A stretch of DNA of 64,000 nt, taken from the NCBI GenBank assembly GCA_015233675.1, contig JADFXH010000004.1:72492-136491 (forward strand), given 5' to 3'. Below, piece after piece: positions 45,101 to 52,703 of this stretch. The notes under the pieces are model-generated. The model made no database searches and was not told the origin of the DNA. It saw only the letters and a list, made by a program, of their open reading frames with translations. Made by a program: the position numbers and the translations under genes. The DNA is from Candidatus Omnitrophota bacterium (GTDB taxonomy: Bacteria; Omnitrophota; Gorgyraeia; Zapsychrales; Fredricksoniimonadaceae). Every line of letters starts with the position of its first letter. The first letter of the stretch is position 1.

Positions 45101-45266
45101 TAATCGCATCTGCTCCCGTGTAGGACGTGCTGACAAAAATTTGCGGAGGGACAATCTGTGGGAATTGAGCTAGAGGCAATCCCTGTATTGCAACGAGGCC
45201 GGCGATCACAGTCAAAATAGCGATGACCATGGCCACAATAGGACGGTTTATAAAAAATTTTGACAT
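42144..45266 (-). CDS. RND multidrug efflux permease (AcrB/HAE1-like)
   Basis: 1040 aa. MSKFFINRPIVAMV start, 12-TM layout with two large periplasmic loops, conserved [10 protein letters not shown] and LSAKNAILIVEFA blocks. Confidence 0.92.
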   Translation of the reverse strand: MSKFFINRPIVAMVIAILTVIAGLVAIQGLPLAQFPQIVPPQIFVSTSYTGADAITIEQSVATPLEQSMNGVENMLYMQSTNANDGTLSEAITFSVDSDPNIDQVNVQNRLAQAAPNFPPDVNRFGLSFRKSTGFPMMIISLFSPHRTYKSLFLANYSNININDVLYRVPGVGEVRIFGAGDYTMRIWLKPKVLAKLGLTVSDVVSAVSEQNTVNPAGQVGSEPAPKGKEKTYTVRAQGRLVTSKEFGEVVLRSNPDGSFVRLKDVARIELGALNYQQIGRFNGQPSCNIAVFQTPGSNAIQVAAGIKKALARLKGRFPADLDYKVALDTTLPVTEGIREILITLVIAMCLVTLVVFLFLQNWRATLIPMIAVPVSLIGTFAFFPFLHFSINTLSLFGLVLAIGLVVDDAIVVVEAIERHIGEGMSPREAAFKAMEEVSGPVIGIALVLSSVFIPVALMSGIQGSLNKQFALTVAISVLISAFNALSLSPALASLLLRHRQKSSGFAARFFDGFNLWFKKVTQGYGRWSLGVVRKAFIGMIFLGGFAVLDGVMGVKIPTGFLPNEDYGFCFLNLQLPSASSLERTDLVARKIEGILGQTPGIQYYTSISGFSLLTRVSASYNGFFFVTLSPWDERKSRQLQIQSIINSINKKLAAEVPEARAFVGLPPAIPGLGTSGGFSFWLQDKSGGSIEFLDQNVKKFLAACKKRPELAGVTSGFSATVPQVYADVDRDKVLKQGVDIGSVYQTLQAYLGGLYVNQFNRFGRQWKVLLQAEGEDRMNTESINQFYVRNNNQGMVPLSSLVTIKKIFGTEYTNRFNLYRAAQILGSAAPGYSSGQALAALEQVARETLPLNMGYDYSDLSFQEKTVAGTAGPVFALSIVVVFLILAALYESWSLPFSVLLSVPIAIFGAFAGLFMRHFDLNIYSQIGLIMLIGLSAKNAILIVEFAKMEHEKGRDTIEAALEGAKLRLRPILMTSFAFILGCLPLWFAKGSGSVARQVLGTVVIAGMLTATMIAIFIIPALFVITERFAKKKLPQGGK

Positions 45267-45279
45267 GATTGATTGCCTC

Positions 45280-46404
45280 TTAAGACGACTTAACGTTAAC
45301 TAATGCTCCGTCAGTTACATTCTGGACGCCTTCAATGACCACCCTATCATCAGGCTGGATACCCTCATTAATGATCCACATAGCATCAACCGTATCCCCT
45401 ACTTTCACCGGACGGATAGCGGCCTTATTATCTTTGCCCACAACTGCGACTTGATAATTCCCCTGAAGTTCCATGACTGCGCGTTGAGGGACCAAAAGCG
45501 CGTTTTTCTTGACACTCATGACCGCACGCACACGTCCAAACTGGCCGGGACGTAAAACATTGCCCGGGTTGGGGAAAGATACTGCAACAAGAATTGTCCC
45601 GGTCCCTGTATCAATCTGACGGTCCGCAAAAATAAAGGCCCCCTTTGAGGGATAAGTTTCTCCATTGCCCAAAGTCAAAGTCAGTTGAGGGTCTTCTTGC
45701 GGGGAGGTTTGATCATCCTTCACAGCAGCATTAATTTTATTAATGAAGCTAAAATATTCCTGCTCGCTCATGGAAACATAAGCTTTAATAGGATCAACCT
45801 GCGATACCGTTGTCAAAGGTATATTAGGCCCGACTAAGTCCCCTATCTGGCCTTTGGCAATCCCCGCGATTCCATCAATGATCGACTTGACCTTAGTAAA
45901 CCCCAAATTTAATTGAGCCTGATCTACGTCTGCCTGTGTAGATGCCACCGCGGCTTTTGCCGATAACTCTGCCTGAATATCATTGTCTAACTGACTTTGA
46001 GCGATCGCTTTTTCTTCAGCCAAAGGGGTATCCCGCTTGACATCCTCTGTTGCCTTGCCTAATTGAGCCTGGGCCTGGGCAAGCTCCCCTTGGGCCTTTT
46101 CAAGGGCCACTTGAAACGGGCGGGGATCTATTTCAAAAAGAACATCATCTTTATGGACAAATGATCCTTCCTTATATACCTGACCCACAAGATACCCTGA
46201 AACCTGCGGTTGAATATGCGCATTGACATAACCGTCTAACGTCGTCACCCATTCCCTGTAAACAGGGACGTCTTTCACAACTACAGTTGCGAGCTCTACA
46301 TTGGCTACAGGAGAAGGCGTCGCTGCCTGACGATTTTGGCATCCTTGAAAAAACAAAACAAACGGAATCGTTATTAAAAATGATACGAATCTTAGAATAT
46401 TCAT
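45280..46404 (-). CDS. RND membrane fusion lipoprotein (AcrA-like)
   Basis: Lipobox FFQG|C and HlyD/MFP blocks. The ATG at 46404 has an AAGAGGGAATA SD; an alternative ATG lies at 46425. Confidence 0.85.
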   Translation of the reverse strand: MNILRFVSFLITIPFVLFFQGCQNRQAATPSPVANVELATVVVKDVPVYREWVTTLDGYVNAHIQPQVSGYLVGQVYKEGSFVHKDDVLFEIDPRPFQVALEKAQGELAQAQAQLGKATEDVKRDTPLAEEKAIAQSQLDNDIQAELSAKAAVASTQADVDQAQLNLGFTKVKSIIDGIAGIAKGQIGDLVGPNIPLTTVSQVDPIKAYVSMSEQEYFSFINKINAAVKDDQTSPQEDPQLTLTLGNGETYPSKGAFIFADRQIDTGTGTILVAVSFPNPGNVLRPGQFGRVRAVMSVKKNALLVPQRAVMELQGNYQVAVVGKDNKAAIRPVKVGDTVDAMWIINEGIQPDDRVVIEGVQNVTDGALVNVKSS

Positions 46405-46448
46405 TATTCCCTCTTTTTTCGTCATTCCCGTTAAAGCTGGAATTTATT

Positions 46449-46913
46449 TTAATTCATCTTTGAATGATGAGCATGATACGAAAAACTTTCCACAATTTTC
46501 TCAAGAATCCTTAAATAATCTTCCCTTTCTTTAGCACTGACCCGGCTAAAAACCTGCATAAAGGCTTTTCGCTTACGATGCTGAACTTCCAGCATGATTT
46601 TCTTGCCCTTAGGACTTAAAGCAACGAAAACCGTACGCCTATCCTCCTCGCCTCTTTCGCGGATGACAAATCCTGTCTTGACTAATCTATCCATGATAGT
46701 AGTTGCGGCTGAAAACTTGACCTTAAGAGCTCTGACCAAAGTATTCATCTTGCAGGGGCCGCATGCCGAAAGGCATTCCAAGACAAAAAGCTGGGTATTC
46801 GTAATATCCGCACAGATTAAAGAATTGTTTTCATAGCAGGAAAGTTCGATTTTTAGTTTGGGAATCAGATTGATCATGCGGTTGCCAAATTCATCCAAAT
46901 TTAATTCGCTCAT
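46449..46913 (-). CDS. MarR-family transcriptional regulator
   Basis: Winged-helix blocks (TNTQLFVLECL, ...L.VKFSAATTIMDRLVKTGFVIRERGEEDRR.V...LSPKG). First gene of the acrAB-like operon. The ATG at 46913 is preferred over the tracked GTG at 46919. Confidence 0.85.
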   Translation of the reverse strand: MSELNLDEFGNRMINLIPKLKIELSCYENNSLICADITNTQLFVLECLSACGPCKMNTLVRALKVKFSAATTIMDRLVKTGFVIRERGEEDRRTVFVALSPKGKKIMLEVQHRKRKAFMQVFSRVSAKEREDYLRILEKIVESFSYHAHHSKMN

Positions 46914-47069
46914 ACACACACCTTTGTTTTAGGACTCCATCATTTATTTCACTATGCGAAATATTATACTCACTAAATGTACACTACAATAATCAAAATG
47001 TCAATCCAAAGTCGGTTCTTTTCATGCGCGGCTACGAACGAAAATACAATGCTCTCATACATGGAATAA

Positions 47070-47111
47070 ATTAAAGAAAAGCCCTTGTAAATTATCCATT
47101 TACAAGGGCTT
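47070..47111 (-). terminator. Rho-independent terminator after the Tyr-rich secreted protein gene
   Basis: Minus strand: AAGCCCTTGTAAAT-GGATA-ATTTACAAGGGCTT followed by TTCTTTAATTTATT. Confidence 0.8.
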
Positions 47112-47146
47112 GATGATTAAAGCTCTTTGATTTTTATGCTTAACTT

Positions 47147-47860
47147 TTATTTCCCGTACATCGCCTTAAGTTGAGCGACTGAAGGAAATTTTGCATAAAA
47201 TTCTCCTTGAGGCCCCACATAGCCATTCCCTGATTTCTTAATAGCCACCGATGTATACCCGCCGCTGTTATTGGGGACATTAACAGGGAATACATCTTCA
47301 ACGACAACGGTTGCAGGCGCTGATATAACTACCGGGGCTGGAGTTGTCACAACAGTCTCCACCGGCTGAGAGGCTACAACTTGCGCCGGTTGCGTAACAA
47401 TGACCTGCGCCGGTTGAGCATAAACAACTGGTTCAGGGACAACTTTATAGCCATGATGTTTGGTTAAAATATAATAAACGCCATTATCAGTATAGTAAAC
47501 TTCACCGTTAATAACAACCGGACGAAAATCCGATGGAATTGCGCTGACAAACGCTCCTACCGGAGGATTTACCAGCACATAATCCCCATGCCCCACATAG
47601 GCATAATACAACCCATCATAATAATAATATCGGTCCCTTCCCACCCAAATCGTATAGGATCCTTCAGGAAGAAACCCGATATGAAGGCCATAATGAGGAT
47701 GTTCATGCCATCCGTAAAAATGACGATCTTCGTGATGGCGCCCAGAGTCACCAAGCCTAACCCCTACTGACCAATCCGCATAGGATAATTTTGGAAACGC
47801 TAATAAAGCCAGCATTAAAACACCCAGAGATATTCTCTTTACACTTACTGTGGTTAACAT
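47147..47860 (-). CDS. Secreted Tyr/His-rich hypothetical protein
   Basis: The ATG at 47860 has an AAAGGAAG SD. Signal peptide ...KLSYA|DW. Contains YYYYDGLYYAYVG and EVYYTDNGVYY segments and a Val/Pro/Ala/Gln-rich repeat (QPAQVIVTQPAQVVASQPVETVVTTPAPVV). Confidence 0.6.
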   Translation of the reverse strand: MLTTVSVKRISLGVLMLALLAFPKLSYADWSVGVRLGDSGRHHEDRHFYGWHEHPHYGLHIGFLPEGSYTIWVGRDRYYYYDGLYYAYVGHGDYVLVNPPVGAFVSAIPSDFRPVVINGEVYYTDNGVYYILTKHHGYKVVPEPVVYAQPAQVIVTQPAQVVASQPVETVVTTPAPVVISAPATVVVEDVFPVNVPNNSGGYTSVAIKKSGNGYVGPQGEFYAKFPSVAQLKAMYGK

Positions 47861-47999
47861 AGACAACTTCCTTTCTTTACTTAATTCTTTATATTTTAAC
47901 CTTTATCAAAAAGCCTTCAATATCATCTTTCCCTTCAGCTATTAGACAATAGCAATTTGTAAAAAGTTCCTTTGCCTTCAAAAGCTCCATATTCTTTCT

Positions 48000-48521
48000 T
48001 CACGGGCCCTGAACTTCAACGGCATCAACATCTATGATACGGTTTTTCCCCTGGTCCAGCGGATTTACATTTAACAGCCATTGACTATAAACCCTCATTG
48101 CATAGGTAAAACAAATCCATAATGTCAAATGACCCGCAATATGCCCTGCCCCCTTTAAGACCGCCATAACAATAGCAATAGGCGCCAGGAACTCAAATAA
48201 AAGACCAAAAAACACTCCTACAAGCCCAACAGTATTTACGACAAAAAAGAATGACATTACCCAAGTCGAAATCCCCAAGGCATGCGACATCCAAAACGAG
48301 TATACGCCCAACAAAGGCCGCATGTTCTTAATGGAGGTCGAAGGAAGAACTCCCAATACAAAAATAATGATTAACAGATACGAAGCAACAATCAATAAAG
48401 GCAGAAATAACTGGATAACCTTTGTGATGCCCCAAAAAAAGACAGACACGCAAAGAATAATCCCTGCCATGCAAACAAGGAAAATCGCCAAACCTTTTAT
48501 TCCTGTATAAACTTTTATCAT
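48000..48521 (-). CDS. Hypothetical integral membrane protein (4-5 TM)
   Basis: 173 aa, almost entirely hydrophobic helices. No recognisable motif. Confidence 0.5.
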   Translation of the reverse strand: MIKVYTGIKGLAIFLVCMAGIILCVSVFFWGITKVIQLFLPLLIVASYLLIIIFVLGVLPSTSIKNMRPLLGVYSFWMSHALGISTWVMSFFFVVNTVGLVGVFFGLLFEFLAPIAIVMAVLKGAGHIAGHLTLWICFTYAMRVYSQWLLNVNPLDQGKNRIIDVDAVEVQGP

Positions 48522-48582
48522 TTTATATCTAGACTGGTAACCTTCGATTCCAACGAAGCCGGTAATGAAGCTTTATGGTTTT

Positions 48583-49017
48583 TTATTTCTTGCGCTCGAC
48601 ATAACTCTGCACCAAAACATTGACGCGTTTAAGCAGGCCATTAACCATCTCATCTTCCGGCCTTGCTGTTAGCAATCGATTAGAACGGCCTTCAATAATC
48701 TCATCCAATTCACGATTAATTCGATTAAAAGGACCTATTAAATTCTTTAAATAAACAAAAGTCACTATTAAGGAAATAATAAAAATACAGCATAGCCCAA
48801 ATATAATATAAATGTAGGAATGATAAAGCCAGATCATTAAAGCTGAATCAAAATTAATATGCCTATGGGATTTAACAGCTAAAATCACATTTTCTCTGAC
48901 TAACATAAGAGAAAAAACCAACGATAAAAAAACCAGCAAAGCCGGGAAAGCGGCAACCAGGACTATTTTCTCCTGATATTTATTGCTTGCAGTAAAAAAC
49001 TTTCTTTGTTTTTTCAT
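48583..49017 (-). CDS. Two-TM protein with only a HAMP-like cytoplasmic helix pair
   Basis: The ATG at 49017 has a GAGAGGA SD with 7-nt spacing. After TM2 comes LIGPFNRINRELDEIIEG...RPEDEMVNGLLKRVNVLVQ, which resembles a HAMP linker with no output domain. Confidence 0.5.
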   Translation of the reverse strand: MKKQRKFFTASNKYQEKIVLVAAFPALLVFLSLVFSLMLVRENVILAVKSHRHINFDSALMIWLYHSYIYIIFGLCCIFIISLIVTFVYLKNLIGPFNRINRELDEIIEGRSNRLLTARPEDEMVNGLLKRVNVLVQSYVERKK

Positions 49018-49075
49018 TTTATCATCCTCTCTTTTAATAAATATTCCCCCTTGAGCTAAATCCCCAAATCGTCTA

Positions 49076-50029
49076 TTAACTGGCGCCGATAAACCAGCCC
49101 GCCAGAAAAACAAGAAGCCCTCCCACGACTACCTGAAAAGCGGCAGATAAAAATGCCGTATCCATATAACGCCAGCGGATCAAAGAAATGATAGACAATT
49201 CAACTACTACAATCACCATGGCTATAGTCATAGCCAAATGGAAATCATGAACCATGAATGGTATCGTATGGCCAAGTCCGCCCAGTGCGGTCATAAGCCC
49301 GCAGACCCCGCCGCGCAGCCAAGGAGTCCCGCGGCCGCTAAGTTTGCCATCATCAGACAAAGCTTCGGCAAATCCCATACTAATACCTGCGCCCACTGAA
49401 GCCGCAAGCCCTACTTTAAACGTTTCTGCGGTATTACTGGTAGCAAAAGCAGCCGCGAAAAGTGGAGCCAGAGTTGAAACTGATCCATCCATTAACCCTG
49501 CCAATGCGGGCTGAACAATACGCAATACAAAAAGCCTTCGACCGACACCTTGCTCAATGCTTACCTCTCCCTCGGCAGCTTGCTTCTCATTGATCCGCTG
49601 GGCAACCATCTCATGCCTCTGTTCCTCCTGAGCAAGATCTCCTAAAAGCTGCCTGATCGCGGCATCCTTACATTTCTGGGCGGCTGCCTCATAAAATCTT
49701 CGAGCATCCAATTCCATTAAAGCTGCCTGTTCCCGCGCTTTTTCGGGACGAAGCGTGTGCAACAACATTGGAGCGCGCGGGACCATGAAACCTTTTACGT
49801 CCTGCCTGCGGACAAGAGGGATATGCTCACCGAATTTCTTCCTGAAGAGCTCAATCAGGCGATGGCGATGACGGGACTCTTCATCGGCCATACGGTCAAA
49901 AAGTTGCCCTGTCGCCGGAAAATTCTTACGATACTCCTGGGAAAAATCACGGTAAATGCGTCCATCTTCTTCCTCAGCGGTTATAGCCAAAGCCAATATC
50001 TGAGACTCATTAAGATCGGAAAATTGCAT
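49076..50029 (-). CDS. Erythrin-VIT1 fusion (rubrerythrin/ferritin-like N-domain plus VIT1/CCC1 iron transporter)
   Basis: N-terminal four-helix-type ExxH pairs ([24 protein letters not shown]), then VIT1-type TM helices ([24 protein letters not shown]). Confidence 0.8.
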   Translation of the reverse strand: MQFSDLNESQILALAITAEEEDGRIYRDFSQEYRKNFPATGQLFDRMADEESRHRHRLIELFRKKFGEHIPLVRRQDVKGFMVPRAPMLLHTLRPEKAREQAALMELDARRFYEAAAQKCKDAAIRQLLGDLAQEEQRHEMVAQRINEKQAAEGEVSIEQGVGRRLFVLRIVQPALAGLMDGSVSTLAPLFAAAFATSNTAETFKVGLAASVGAGISMGFAEALSDDGKLSGRGTPWLRGGVCGLMTALGGLGHTIPFMVHDFHLAMTIAMVIVVVELSIISLIRWRYMDTAFLSAAFQVVVGGLLVFLAGWFIGAS

Positions 50030-50110
50030 AAATATTCTCCTCTTGAAACATAAGATTATACCAAAAGTTCACATGCCTTTTGACACGGGGCTGCTCTTTC
50101 AGAAATTCTA

Positions 50111-50974
50111 CTATAATCCCCTGCAATACAGCAAGAAAATTACTGCTGAAGCACATAAACAATAAATGCCGAATAAATACCAACGGCCGCGCTCAAGCCA
50201 ATCAGACAGCCATTTAAGGGCAAGGATCCCGGAAATAAAACTCAATATCATGCCGATCAAACTCGGCAAAAAAAGGCCCATCGCACTTGCCCCATGGTGT
50301 AAGGCGGCATGCTGTCCCTTAAAGAATCTTATCGCTTCCATCAAGATTACCGGCGGTGTCAAAATAACGGCAAGGGCAAAACTGAAATCCTCCAACAGTT
50401 TTTTCTCTATCCCTAAAACAAGTCCTGTAGATATAGTCGCCCCTGAACGTGAAAATCCCCGGAAAGGCAGACAGATCCCCTGTACTAGTCCGATGAGAAA
50501 AGCAGACTTTAGTCCCAAGGGTGTTCTTTCTCTTGACCGGCTCTCCTTGTATCCTGCCAAAAGTATCAAAGCGCCCACTGCGGCAAGCGCCGCTGAAATT
50601 AAAAGCAATTTGCCAAAAAGCATTTCGATTTCAGGATGAGAAACCCCTTTTAATATAAATTTCTCAATTAAAATTTTTAATGATAATCCTATAAAGCCTG
50701 TTGCTGCCGTTGCGACTGCAATACATTTTATAGTTTCCAAAATAATTAATGGGGACCTAAAAAACCTCGTTTTCCATGAATTCCAAAAGAAAACAATAAC
50801 CGCAAACATTGTCCCCGTGTGAAGCATGACCAACAGAAGCGTCATTTCCGGCTTTGTCGGGTCAAGCCCCATTAATTTTTCCGCAACAATAACATGGGCT
50901 GAACTTGAAACCGGCAATAATTCACTAACCCCCTGAACTACAGCTAGAACCGCAATTTTGGATATATTGATCAT
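50111..50974 (-). CDS. uppP: Undecaprenyl-diphosphate phosphatase
   Basis: QGVSELLPVSSSAHV near the N-terminus and RSGATI in the second half. 8-TM protein of 287 aa. Confidence 0.88.
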   Translation of the reverse strand: MINISKIAVLAVVQGVSELLPVSSSAHVIVAEKLMGLDPTKPEMTLLLVMLHTGTMFAVIVFFWNSWKTRFFRSPLIILETIKCIAVATAATGFIGLSLKILIEKFILKGVSHPEIEMLFGKLLLISAALAAVGALILLAGYKESRSRERTPLGLKSAFLIGLVQGICLPFRGFSRSGATISTGLVLGIEKKLLEDFSFALAVILTPPVILMEAIRFFKGQHAALHHGASAMGLFLPSLIGMILSFISGILALKWLSDWLERGRWYLFGIYCLCASAVIFLLYCRGL

Positions 50975-51010
50975 TGATTTTCCCTGTTGAATTCTTTATT
51001 GATAACGCCG

Positions 51011-51817
51011 TTAGGCTCTTAACGCGTAATAATAACCTTTTTTTCTTTTTATTTCAACGGAAGCTTCAAAAAGTCTGCTAATATTTTTGTCTGTTAAAAT
51101 TAACTCTTTGGCCCCATCTTTATAAAACTTCCCGTTTTTCATTAAAATGACCCGTTTTATTTCCGGGATTATATCGGAAAGATTATGCGTAACAAGAATG
51201 ATGCTGGTGCCTGATTTAGCTATTTTACTTAAAGTCTTGCTGAATTTATGAAGCGAATGCAAATCAAGACTGTTAGTCGGCTCATCAAGAACGAGCGCCT
51301 TGGGACCGTGAACCAGGGCCCTGCCGATTAAAAAACGCCTGGCCTCGCCAGAGGACATTTGATTCATCCTCCTGTTGCGAAGGTGCCCGATTTCCAGGAA
51401 TTCAATAATTTCTTTGGCCTTCCTCTTCATTCTCGAGGTTAGATGCTCTTTAAATAACCCTATACTGCTAAAAAAACCTGATAATACCATCTCCATTCCT
51501 GTTATATCCCTGTTACAGGCGTATTGCAAGTCATTTGAAACAATGCCCAACAAGGAACGCAAATCAAAGACATCCCAGCTATCCTGTCCCCAAATTTTAG
51601 ATGAACTACCATTCCCCTGAAGAAAAGGATAAAATTCCCTGGTAATGATCTTGACCAACGACGACTTTCCTGCTCCGTTCGGGCCTAATATGGCGAGATT
51701 CTCTCCCTCGTAAATCTTCAGGGATATGGAATCCAGCACCTTTTGATTTTCACCCTTTATAACGGTGATCTTATTAAATTCTAATAACGGGAAGCCAGGA
51801 TTTTGACTTAACTTCAT
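51011..51817 (-). CDS. Orphan ABC-transporter ATP-binding protein (ModF/YlmA-like single NBD)
   Basis: Walker A GPNGAGKSS, signature MSSGEARR, Walker B LVLDEPTNSLD, H-loop VTHN. No permease gene is adjacent. Confidence 0.8.
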   Translation of the reverse strand: MKLSQNPGFPLLEFNKITVIKGENQKVLDSISLKIYEGENLAILGPNGAGKSSLVKIITREFYPFLQGNGSSSKIWGQDSWDVFDLRSLLGIVSNDLQYACNRDITGMEMVLSGFFSSIGLFKEHLTSRMKRKAKEIIEFLEIGHLRNRRMNQMSSGEARRFLIGRALVHGPKALVLDEPTNSLDLHSLHKFSKTLSKIAKSGTSIILVTHNLSDIIPEIKRVILMKNGKFYKDGAKELILTDKNISRLFEASVEIKRKKGYYYALRA

Positions 51818-51831
51818 AGAGAATCGACGAG

Positions 51832-51906
51832 GTCATCCTGAGCCTGAAGGGCGAAGGATCTTAAAATGTCTTAAGATTCTTCGTCGCTATCGCTCCTCAG
51901 AATGAC
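51832..51906. repeat. Inverted pair of the GTCATYCTGAG...CGAAGRATC repeat, forming a ~32-bp-arm hairpin
   Basis: GTCATCCTGAGCCTGAAGGGCGAAGGATCTTAA-AATGTC-TTAAGATTCTTCGTCGCTATCGCTCCTCAGAATGAC, lying between the pilin-1 stop and the ABC ATPase start. Confidence 0.8.
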
Positions 51907-51996
51907 AAATTTATTTCTACGTGTAAACTATTACGTTCCAATAATAAATTTCAACGCAGCTTCATTGGAGCGGACAGGCAAAGAGGCCTCTGGTTG

Positions 51997-52437
51997 CTAA
52001 CAACCCGAGCCATTGGTAACACACACATTTCCTGAACCTACTGTAACTACTCCAGTGCTAGAAATCGTAAAAGATGACAAGTTCGTGCCCGTACCAACGG
52101 AGGCGAAAGCATAATACGCCCCATTCGTCAGCTCATCGTACTCTGTGGTGGAAGTGGCGCCGAACGGATCATAGAGACTGTTGATAATAGCTGCCGGCGT
52201 TGCGCTATTAAAATAAGTAGCACATGGCGATGTAGAACTGGGGATATACACATGCGGGGTGACAGCATTATTGTAATAGGACTCCATCGCGGCCTGCAGT
52301 GTTTGCAGCTCTCCCTTGACCTTCACAATATTACCCGAGTCTTGCATACCCTTCATACGCGGAATAGCAATTGCAATAAGGATGATCAACACCGAGATAA
52401 CTATTACCAACTCAATAATCGTAAACCCTTTTTTCAT
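51997..52437 (-). CDS. Prepilin/pseudopilin paralog 1 (class III signal peptide)
   Basis: MKKG|FTIIELVIVISVLIILIAIAIP has the prepilin-peptidase site and E+5. 146 aa, Ser/Thr-rich C-half, C-terminal CVTNGSGC. GGAAGGAG SD. Confidence 0.88.
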   Translation of the reverse strand: MKKGFTIIELVIVISVLIILIAIAIPRMKGMQDSGNIVKVKGELQTLQAAMESYYNNAVTPHVYIPSSTSPCATYFNSATPAAIINSLYDPFGATSTTEYDELTNGAYYAFASVGTGTNLSSFTISSTGVVTVGSGNVCVTNGSGC

Positions 52438-52445
52438 TTTTTACT

Positions 52446-52666
52446 CCTTCCATATAATTCCATTAAGTTTTCCCATTGATTAGGTCGGGCCAACCGCCCT
52501 TCCATATAATTCCATTAAGTTTTCCCATTGATTAGGTCGGGCCAACCGCCCTTCCATATAGTTCCACTAAGTTTTCCCATTGATTAGGTCGGGCCAACGC
52601 CCTTCCATATAATTCCATTAAGTTTTCCCATTGATTAGGTCGGGCCAACGCCCTTCCATATAATTC
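52446..52666. repeat. Tandem array of 4.3 units of 52/51 bp in the pilin-2/pilin-1 intergenic region
   Basis: Units at 52446-52497, 52498-52549, 52550-52600 and 52601-52651, with a partial unit at 52652-52666. Plus-strand unit: CCTTCCATATAATTCCATTAAGTTTTCCCATTGATTAGGTCGGGCCAAC(C)GC. The units abut directly with no spacers. Confidence 0.95.
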
Positions 52667-52689
52667 GGTTCTGTCAAAATTCTTACAGG
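52667..52689. repeat. 23-nt dispersed repeat GGTTCTGTCAAAATTCTTACAGG (copy 2 of 2)
   Basis: Directly abuts the distal end of the tandem array. Matches 13678..13700 with one mismatch. Confidence 0.8.
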
Positions 52690-52703
52690 CTGATCCGTCG
52701 CAA

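Noticed and set aside
46920-47069. Promoter/operator for the MarR efflux operon (TTGACA at 47004-46999, TATAAT at 46968-46963, TAGTG direct repeats, TTTC-N8-GAAA palindrome)
   Set aside because: The two consensus hexamers are 30 nt apart, so they cannot belong to one promoter. TTGACA pairs only with a weak TACATT. The operator-like repeats are short. This is too ambiguous to call as a feature without transcript data.
52446-52666. Could the 52-bp repeats be a CRISPR array?
   Set aside because: The units abut directly with no unique spacers. There are only about 4 copies and no cas genes are nearby. It is a simple tandem array.
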